DNA from: Candidatus Bathyarchaeota archaeon | GTDB lineage: Archaea > Thermoproteota > Bathyarchaeia > Bathyarchaeales > Bathycorpusculaceae | Assembly: GCA_963815095.1 (NCBI GenBank) | Contig: CAWFFH010000003.1 | Coordinates: 1,109,962-1,141,961 of the forward strand | Reading direction: 5' to 3' | Length of the DNA: 32,000 bases | Part shown: in pieces, positions 25,708 through 32,000 of the stretch | Numbering within the stretch: position 1 is the stretch's first letter | How the letters are laid out: each line of letters begins with the position of its first letter | Made by a program: the position numbers and the translations under genes | The notes under the pieces: model-generated | Database searches by the model: none | Told to the model about the DNA's origin: nothing | What the model saw: the letters and a program-made list of their open reading frames with translations, nothing else

Positions 25708-26985
25708 ATGTTAGTAGAAATAATAAACTTATTTTTCGTATTTTCAGCATTAATTATAAGTGCTTATCTTATACGTCACTATTTTTTCACGCTATTCATT
25801 CTGCGGAGTCTAAAGAACTTGCCAAAGGAGGAAGTTTCTAGCCGTGACAATTATGAACCATCGGTTTCAATTCTTATCCCGGCTCATAACGAAGACCAAG
25901 TAATTGGCAAACTGCTACAGAAAATGGCTGAACTGTTATATCCGCATAGCAAACTGGAAATTATAATGATAGATGACGCTTCAACTGATAGAACAGGGCA
26001 AATCGCAGACGAGATTTCAAAACAATATCCATTCATCAAAGTGTTGCACAGAACCAGCCAAGAGGGCGGTAAGGGAAAATCTTCGGCTATGAATGCCGGG
26101 TTAAAGATAGCAAAAGGCGAAATTGTACTTTGCTTCGACGCAGATTATCTCCCACATCCCGATGTAGTTAAGAGACTTGTAAAAAAGTTCGCCGACCCAA
26201 CCGTCGGTGCCGTTCAGGGCAGACCCGTTGTATTAAATGAACCACAAAATATCCTAACTCGCATAATCGCTTTAGAACGTATAGGTGGCTACCGAGTCGA
26301 TCAAGAAGCACGTGATGCTTTAGGTCTTGTGCCGCAATTTGGTGGTACAGTTGGGGGATTTAGGCGATGCATTGTGGATGAATTTGGTGGTTTTGACGAA
26401 TCAATGATTACTGAGGACACCGATTTAACTTTCCACATTTATCTTGCGGGCTATAAAATTCGCTATTGTGGAGACGCAGAATGTTACGAGGAAGCTGTAG
26501 ACTCTTGGAAGGCTTATTGGCGTCAAAGACACAGATGGGCAAAAGGACACATGCAAGTTTGTCTTAAACATGAGCTTAAGGTTATTCGAAGCAAGAAAAT
26601 GAAGTTAAAAGAGAAAATTGATGGCTTGCTTTTATTGAACATTTATTTTATGCCGCTTTTGACTATTTTTTCGTTTTTTGCTGGACTTTTGCTCATCTTG
26701 ACTGGTTCACCAATAATTGAGTACCTTTGGTTAGCGGTGATTATATCTTTTTACAGTTTCGTTGGAAATTATGCGCCCTTCTTTGAGATTGGAATAGGTG
26801 TGTATTTAGATGACAGAAAACGGGTTCAATGGCTAGCCCCATTATTGATTTTTTCTTTTATCTATAACATACTTATCTGCGGAAAAGCTTTCTTTGATCT
26901 GTTAACAGATAAATTACTACGTCGCAAAAGCAATTGGAATAAAACAGAGCATCTAGGAAGGGGAAATCGTTATATTGGGAATTAA
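25708..26985 (+). CDS. membrane-integrated family-2 glycosyltransferase with processive beta-glycan synthase motifs (NodC/HasA/PgaC/BcsA-like)
   Basis: An N-terminal TM helix is followed by a GT-A core with DDASTDRT, CFDADYL, GAVQGRP, ITEDTDLT (TED) and QRHRWAKG (QxxRW). Several hydrophobic helices follow at the C-terminus. Confidence 0.85.
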   Translation: MLVEIINLFFVFSALIISAYLIRHYFFTLFILRSLKNLPKEEVSSRDNYEPSVSILIPAHNEDQVIGKLLQKMAELLYPHSKLEIIMIDDASTDRTGQIADEISKQYPFIKVLHRTSQEGGKGKSSAMNAGLKIAKGEIVLCFDADYLPHPDVVKRLVKKFADPTVGAVQGRPVVLNEPQNILTRIIALERIGGYRVDQEARDALGLVPQFGGTVGGFRRCIVDEFGGFDESMITEDTDLTFHIYLAGYKIRYCGDAECYEEAVDSWKAYWRQRHRWAKGHMQVCLKHELKVIRSKKMKLKEKIDGLLLLNIYFMPLLTIFSFFAGLLLILTGSPIIEYLWLAVIISFYSFVGNYAPFFEIGIGVYLDDRKRVQWLAPLLIFSFIYNILICGKAFFDLLTDKLLRRKSNWNKTEHLGRGNRYIGN

Positions 26986-27008
26986 GTGATAATGCTTTTT
27001 GATATTGA

Positions 27009-27215
27009 ATGATCTCAAATATAACTCTCTTCATTGTGACCTTAATTGGTATGGCTTTGACAATTTTGATAATGTTTCTGCCCACAATTATTGAGTTAAG
27101 AAAACCTCGCGATGCTGGACCAAGATTAATAACAGAGTCCTTTACGTCAGCACAGCCTCTTAATCTTAAAACATCTTCAGACGACAAAGACGAGTTAAAA
27201 AAGACAGCTAATTAG
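27009..27215 (+). CDS. hypothetical small single-pass membrane protein
   Basis: 68 aa with an N-terminal hydrophobic helix (ITLFIVTLIGMALTILIMFLP) and a polar tail. It starts 23 nt after the GT2 stop. No clear Shine-Dalgarno. Confidence 0.35.
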   Translation: MISNITLFIVTLIGMALTILIMFLPTIIELRKPRDAGPRLITESFTSAQPLNLKTSSDDKDELKKTAN

Positions 27216-27228
27216 CTATTTTGAGCTA

Positions 27229-28275
27229 CTAATTTTTTTTGAAAAGTAACTTTGCATTTTTCCATTGGTCTTTAGCTAGTGATATATTTCCGTATGGGCT
27301 TCCGTGAAGCGAATAGAATACGTAGCAGAGATAGTTGCATTGAGTGCATTGGTGATAGTTTTTTCTTAATTGTTTGAATTCTGGACTTTTCCATTTTTGA
27401 GTTAAATCAAAGATTGACCCTGCAAAGTTGTGGCTGTGGCATCCTGCAACTCTGCCCAAATGGTCAATGACTAAAAACTGGTTTAGTGCTTGGCATTTCC
27501 ACGATCTTTTGTTGTCTTCTTCGTAGATGCTTCGAAGTGTTTCAAGCAATTTATCGGTCATGAGAATTTTTTTGTTTTTCTTTTTCATCTCGATAAGCGA
27601 GTTGCAGAGGTTAACCATTGCTTTTTTGTCTGTTATTACAAATTCGTCATTTGCTCTTCCCAGCTTAAACAACTGTTTGCTGTCAGCAGATGTATCGTAT
27701 GAGTAGAGACTATACCAGACTGGAATACCTTTTTCGGTGAAGTGGTTTGTTAGGTCAACGATTTCATAAAGGTTCTTTTGAGAAATTGTTGGAGTTACAC
27801 TAACTTTTATGCCTTCATTGTGGAGGGTTTCAACGGCTTGAGTTGCATTTTTCCAAGCGCCCGGAACTGATTTGATGTAATCGTTTTTTGCTTCATCCAG
27901 ACTATCAATTGAGATTGCAACGAAATCCACTTTTCTTAATGCATCAAGTTTTTTTGCAGCCATACTTCCATTATCATAAACAGTTGTAACAAACAATTTT
28001 GATGCATAATTGATTATTTCGCCGATGTCATCTCGAAGTAGCGGGTCTCCGCCTGAGAGGACAAGCTCAATTACACCAATTTTTTTTAGAATATCTAAGC
28101 CTTTCTTTATTTCGTCGGTTGCAAGTTCTCTTTGATCTTGTTCTTTCCAAACGGTGCATCCACGGCATTGATAGTTGCATTTTCTTGTTACTAGCCATTG
28201 TGCATGATGAGGTTTGCCAGAAGCAAGCGAACGCGCCGCAATTGATGCTGCTTTTTTGAAACCAGACGTCAACAA
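27229..28275 (-). CDS. radical SAM enzyme with SPASM/twitch-like C-terminal Cys motifs
   Basis: CNYQCRGC (CX3CX2C) lies near the N-terminus, with GGDPLL as a SAM-binding motif. The C-terminal CQALNQFLVIDHLGRVAGC fits CX9-15GX4C and is followed by CTQCNYLC. TTG start; the in-frame upstream codon is a stop. Confidence 0.85.
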   Translation of the reverse strand: MLTSGFKKAASIAARSLASGKPHHAQWLVTRKCNYQCRGCTVWKEQDQRELATDEIKKGLDILKKIGVIELVLSGGDPLLRDDIGEIINYASKLFVTTVYDNGSMAAKKLDALRKVDFVAISIDSLDEAKNDYIKSVPGAWKNATQAVETLHNEGIKVSVTPTISQKNLYEIVDLTNHFTEKGIPVWYSLYSYDTSADSKQLFKLGRANDEFVITDKKAMVNLCNSLIEMKKKNKKILMTDKLLETLRSIYEEDNKRSWKCQALNQFLVIDHLGRVAGCHSHNFAGSIFDLTQKWKSPEFKQLRKNYHQCTQCNYLCYVFYSLHGSPYGNISLAKDQWKNAKLLFKKN

Positions 28276-28360
28276 GTATCACTAGCCGATTAATTGTTAT
28301 TACCTATCTCGGGTAGGAACTATAAAAACCATTATAAAACTAAGGTTCTCGTATGTTGTT

Positions 28361-29377
28361 TCATGTGCTTTGACGAGACAGTGCAATCCACAGATGGTCT
28401 GAGGTTGGTCTTGGTAATATCTCTGGCGAATCATCCTTGTGAATGATTATGCGTTTGTTTGGGGTTGGGTTGAATTCGCCGATGACATCAGCGTATATGT
28501 GTTCTTGGCCGAGTGAGTCGATAATTTTATTTGTGGCTTGTGGGTCGGCGGCGATAAGTAGTGCTCCTGAACTGATAAGTTGCAGTGGGTCAATTTCGTA
28601 AAACCTGCAGATTTTAGCGGTTTCAGGTTCAATAGTTATTTTCTCTTCAAACACGCGTACGCCTAAGCCTGCTGCGTCCGCCATTTCGTGAATACCGTTT
28701 AAGATTCCGCCTTCAGTTGGGTCGTGCATGGCATGTACTCCACCTGCTCTGTAAGCGGTTAAGGCATCTTTTACGATGCTGATTTGTTTGTAGAAACCTT
28801 TAGCGCTATCCAACAAGGTGGAGGTGAAAGTTTTTGTGAGCTGCACTTCCCGGTCAGAAGCTAAGATAGCTGTGCCCTCAATTCCTGCGCTCTTCGTCAA
28901 AATTAGTTTGTCGCCTGCTTTGGTGCCAGCGGCAGTAACGTATTTGCCTTTTTCGGTTAAACCCATGATGCAGCCCACCACAATCGGGTTCTCTAAGCCG
29001 GGTGTGGATTCGCAGTGTCCGCCCACAATAGCAATGCCCAACTCTTTTGCAGCTTTGTGCATTTGGGTACTGATGGTTTCAACGATTTTGCTGTCCGCGT
29101 TCTCTGGAAGCATTATGCATGAGAAGAAAAACGCGGGTTCCACGCCGAAAGTGGCAACATCGTTGGCGTTTACGTTTATGGCTTCCCATCCGACTCGCTC
29201 AACCGCACCAGTTATGGGGTCCATAGAGACTATAGCGTTCTTATTTCCAAAATCTAAAACGGCTCCGTCCACACCTGCGGCGGGTCCCAAAATAACTTCG
29301 CTACGGGCGGTGCCGAGGTTTTTGAAAACTACATCTTTTAGGATGTCTATGGGAATTTTTCCAGGTGGAAGCTTCAT
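28361..29377 (-). CDS. AIR synthase-related protein (PurM/HypE/ThiL superfamily), specific function unknown
   Basis: MKLPPGKIPIDILKDVVF...GVDGAVLDF...VSMDPITG...NDVATFG...GGHCE...HAMHDPTEGG. It lacks the HypE C-terminal PRIC. I prefer the ATG at 29377 (GAGG 8 nt upstream) over the tracked 29452, which would overlap the upstream gene. Confidence 0.8.
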   Translation of the reverse strand: MKLPPGKIPIDILKDVVFKNLGTARSEVILGPAAGVDGAVLDFGNKNAIVSMDPITGAVERVGWEAINVNANDVATFGVEPAFFFSCIMLPENADSKIVETISTQMHKAAKELGIAIVGGHCESTPGLENPIVVGCIMGLTEKGKYVTAAGTKAGDKLILTKSAGIEGTAILASDREVQLTKTFTSTLLDSAKGFYKQISIVKDALTAYRAGGVHAMHDPTEGGILNGIHEMADAAGLGVRVFEEKITIEPETAKICRFYEIDPLQLISSGALLIAADPQATNKIIDSLGQEHIYADVIGEFNPTPNKRIIIHKDDSPEILPRPTSDHLWIALSRQST

Positions 29378-29390
29378 GCGTATTCCTCTG

Positions 29391-29918
29391 TTAAAGCTGG
29401 CTTTTAAGCTGTGGGAAAATACGCAGTACTGCGTGCATGATTGGTACTGCAATTATCAGGCCAATGAGCATTTGAACGATGTTGAAAGGAACTTCTAGAA
29501 TCGCCACAGTACTTCCTAAGATAAGTGTTTCATAAAGGAAGTATCCTAAAACCATCTCAAACCCTCCAATAACAATGGATATGGTGGCGCTTAAAGTGAT
29601 GCTTTTAGTCTTCTGTACTATTTTCTTGTATAGGATGCCGACGAGTAAACCTTCAATTGCTTTTATAGTGAAGGTTCCGGGGGCATACTGCGGAGCTACA
29701 AGTGCATCTGCTATTGTTGCTCCTGCACCTGCTATGGCACCTACAAAAGGCCCGAACAGCAATGCAGCTACGTAAATGAGAGTCTCTCCGAGATTGAAGT
29801 ATCCACTGGTAGCAGGAATAGGAATCACAAACAGTAGTGTGGCTGCTGCGACTAGTGCTGCAAAGATTGCGGCTACTGCAATTTTGAATGGTGTGGTTGT
29901 GTTAAATTTGGATTGCAT
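29391..29918 (-). CDS. ECF-transporter S-component-like membrane protein (substrate unknown)
   Basis: 175 aa with about six hydrophobic segments. The pattern GYFNLGETLIYVAALLFGP...GAGATIADAL...YAPGTFTIKAIEGLLVG is typical of the S-component family. No EcfA or EcfT genes are in the window. Confidence 0.7.
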   Translation of the reverse strand: MQSKFNTTTPFKIAVAAIFAALVAAATLLFVIPIPATSGYFNLGETLIYVAALLFGPFVGAIAGAGATIADALVAPQYAPGTFTIKAIEGLLVGILYKKIVQKTKSITLSATISIVIGGFEMVLGYFLYETLILGSTVAILEVPFNIVQMLIGLIIAVPIMHAVLRIFPQLKSQL

Positions 29919-29991
29919 GTTTTTCGCCTTAGTATAGTTGTGACTATAGTATAGTTGCAGCTATACCATCTAATAAATATTCCCAAAACAA

Positions 29992-31404
29992 TCACATCAG
30001 CAACTGAATCTCATCAAACGCCGCCAAAACTTTTTTCCCACGCTCCGAAACACGGAAAAACTTCTTCCCACCAACCTCGTAACCAATCACCAACCCCTTA
30101 TCTGACAGTTCGTTGAGGTGTTGGTAGATAGCGGCGCGCGTCATTATCTTGCCCAATTGTTTCCACAAATCATAACCATACGTATCTTTCTCATTGAGAA
30201 TCTTGAGAATTTTCTGTTTCGTACTTACCGCGAGCCCTAAGCCTATCGTCTTCTGTTTCTTGTTCAAAGCTTGCAACACATCAGTGGCTTTAAGACCGCT
30301 CCCCGTAATTAGGCACACAACGCTACCGTCTTTTGAGATTCTTTTTTCATCTACAAGCTTTTTCAATGCTGCGACAGTTATTGCACTGGCTGGTTCTGCA
30401 AACACGCCCTCTAGTTTTGCGATCTGGAGTTCTGCAATCAAAATGTCTTGATCGGACACGGTTAAGGAAAGCCCTCCTGACTCAGTTATTGCTTTGGAGG
30501 CAAGTTCGCATTGAAGTGGATTTCCTACGAGGATTGCAAGGGCTCGAGTGGATGGATTGCAAGTTTTATTATTTTCAGAACCTTTGGCCGCGTTCACTAT
30601 AGCAGCACATCCGTCAGGTTGAACTCCAACCATCTTTGGCAAGGTCTTCGTTAAGCCGCGTTGTTTTAGTTCTTTGAATCCTTTCCAAACTGAGTAAATG
30701 GTGCCCCCGCTTCCCATGGAAACTATCATCCACTCGGGAACCTCATATTGTTCCATAATTTCGAAAGAAATGGTTTTTTGGGCTTCAATCACCAGCGGGT
30801 TAAGTTCCGCAGTTGCTTGATACCAACCTGTTTCTTTTGCTACAGCCTTTGCTTTTTGGATTGAGTCGTCAATGATTTCGCCGTATTCCTCAATTATCGC
30901 ATCGTAGGCAAGTATCTGGGCAAGTTTTCCCACATCCACTTCTTTTGGAACTATTACATGACAATTTAATCCAGCTTTTGCCGAGTAAGCGGCCAGAGAT
31001 GCTCCCATGTTGCCGTTAGTTGCGCATACCAGTGTATCTGAAAGGAGGTCTATAGCATTAGAGGTTAGGAGTGCAGCAGCCCGGTCTCGATAGGAGTTGG
31101 TTGGGTTTCGTGTTTCATCCTTCAAATAAAGTTTAGTTAATCCCATTGTTTTCGCAAGTCTCTCAGCCTTATGAAGGGGTGTTCCACCCTCTCCTAAACT
31201 GACCATTTGCCTGACAGCAGGAAGCATTTGCCTATACCTCCAAAACCTAAGTGTTCCAGAAAACTTGACCGATCGTTTCTGGGGAACGTCTGCCGTGTAC
31301 TCCAATATTTTACCGCATTTTTCGCAGTTACTTCTAAGTGGGTAAACTGGAAATTTGGTGCCACAATGACTGCATTGAAGGTTTTCGTTGGACTCTTGGA
31401 GCAT
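29992..31404 (-). CDS. zinc-ribbon / threonine-synthase-like (fold-type II PLP) domain with Lys-to-Arg at the Schiff-base position / C-terminal PadR-like winged helix
   Basis: CSHC-x12-CEKC at the N-terminus. LYLKDETRNPTNSYRDRAAA compares with the canonical NPTGSFKDRG. CATNGNMGASLAAY and SMGSGGTIYS are also present. The C-terminal LKILNEKDTYGYDLWKQLG...IYQHLNELSDKGLVIGYEVGGKKFFRVSERGKKVL resembles PadR. Confidence 0.85.
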   Translation of the reverse strand: MLQESNENLQCSHCGTKFPVYPLRSNCEKCGKILEYTADVPQKRSVKFSGTLRFWRYRQMLPAVRQMVSLGEGGTPLHKAERLAKTMGLTKLYLKDETRNPTNSYRDRAAALLTSNAIDLLSDTLVCATNGNMGASLAAYSAKAGLNCHVIVPKEVDVGKLAQILAYDAIIEEYGEIIDDSIQKAKAVAKETGWYQATAELNPLVIEAQKTISFEIMEQYEVPEWMIVSMGSGGTIYSVWKGFKELKQRGLTKTLPKMVGVQPDGCAAIVNAAKGSENNKTCNPSTRALAILVGNPLQCELASKAITESGGLSLTVSDQDILIAELQIAKLEGVFAEPASAITVAALKKLVDEKRISKDGSVVCLITGSGLKATDVLQALNKKQKTIGLGLAVSTKQKILKILNEKDTYGYDLWKQLGKIMTRAAIYQHLNELSDKGLVIGYEVGGKKFFRVSERGKKVLAAFDEIQLLM

Positions 31405-31465
31405 TTTTGGTTAAATCCAGTCAACTATTATTGTGTTCCTCCATTTCTCTCTTATCCAAAATTTG

Positions 31466-31481
31466 GTTACTAAATAGTAAC
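31466..31481. promoter_or_regulatory. palindrome GTTACTA-AA-TAGTAAC in the divergent promoter region upstream of the ThrC-like/wHTH gene
   Basis: 7-bp perfect arms with a 2-bp spacer, 62-77 nt upstream of the ATG at 31404. The palindrome ACTATAGT abuts it at 31480-31487. Confidence 0.4.
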
Positions 31482-31585
31482 TATAGTTGTTTCCCAAGAG
31501 CATTACAAAAGTAGCTAATGCGAGGGGGAAAATCTAAATGTGACTTCTTCAAAGAATAATGTAGAACTAAGAGAGTTGCGTAAAA

Positions 31586-31990
31586 ATGAGCACTGTTAGA
31601 GAAGACCCAATTAAAATGCATAAAGATGCAATCACGTTGATGGAAAATGGCAAGTACGCTGAGGCAAAAGACCTCTTTATGAAAGTGGCAGAACTCTATT
31701 ATAAGGGACAGAACTATTTTGGCGCGGCAGAAATGAATTATAAAGCAGGCGAATGTAGTTTTGCGCTAAAAGACTATACAAAAGCTGTAGAATTTTTCAC
31801 CAAATCTGCTGACATCTCATTTGGCAAAGGCTTTGAGCGTTATGGCGTTAGTGCATTAGAGCAAGCGCGTGATAGCCAGAAATCATTGGGTAACGCTAAA
31901 GAAGTAGCGGAACTGGAAAAGAAGATTAGGGAAATCAACGACAAACAAAAAGAGCCTGAAGGCGAATCTTCGTTCTCTGTATTTTCCTAA
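31586..31990 (+). CDS. hypothetical protein with TPR-like helical repeats
   Basis: 134 aa. Helical repeat signatures occur (NGKYAEAKDLFMKVAELYY, KDYTKAVEFFTKSADI). GAGAG lies upstream of the ATG. No specific family recognised. Confidence 0.5.
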   Translation: MSTVREDPIKMHKDAITLMENGKYAEAKDLFMKVAELYYKGQNYFGAAEMNYKAGECSFALKDYTKAVEFFTKSADISFGKGFERYGVSALEQARDSQKSLGNAKEVAELEKKIREINDKQKEPEGESSFSVFS

Positions 31991-32000
31991 ACTTGTTTAG

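Noticed and set aside
1-32000. CRISPR arrays, rRNA or tRNA genes, prophage or defence-island signatures.
   Set aside because: On reading the intergenic regions I saw no spaced direct-repeat arrays, no cloverleaf-compatible sequences, and no nuclease, helicase or integrase-type ORFs. I could not run a computational scan such as tRNAscan, Infernal or a CRISPR finder, and one would still be worthwhile.

Overview
This window is archaeal chromosome; the eS4, eL32, eL19 and Rpp29 genes and the gene order establish that. A TACK or Bathyarchaeia-like lineage is only a guess. It has three parts. (1) Bases 1-8119 hold the 3' part of an acyl-CoA ligase gene and a [NiFe]-hydrogenase maturation set. hypF, hypC and hypD are on the plus strand. 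hypE is on the minus strand with a GT-C glycosyltransferase behind it. No hypA, hypB or hydrogenase structural genes are visible. (2) Bases 8450-19968 hold the conserved ribosomal-protein cluster L22-S3-L29-Rpp29-S17-L14-L24-S4e-L5-S14-S8-L6-L32e-L19e-L18-S5-L30 // Hsp20-L15-SecY. The genes are tightly packed and nearly every junction has a GGAGG-like Shine-Dalgarno. The cluster is interrupted after L30 by an oligo-T terminator, about 0.5 kb of AT-rich non-coding DNA and an sHSP gene whose end overlaps the L15 start. Five r-proteins carry long Lys/Ala/Glu/Pro-rich C-terminal tails. (3) Bases 19969-32000 are an accessory-looking region. It holds a large secreted beta-propeller surface protein and a flavodoxin where adk usually sits. 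These are followed by DUF106 (YidC-like) and cmk, and then a processive-type GT2 synthase flanked by small membrane proteins. A minus-strand cluster follows: ThrC-like/wHTH fusion, ECF S-component, PurM/HypE-fold protein and SPASM radical SAM. The most unusual object is the 470-aa threonine-synthase-like protein. Its PLP Schiff-base lysine codon is replaced by Arg, and the protein is fused to a PadR-like winged helix, so it is a candidate ligand-sensing regulator. I found no rRNA, tRNA, CRISPR array, transposase or integrase. Several starts appear to be TTG or GTG. All functional calls rest on motif recognition by eye; no searches were run.
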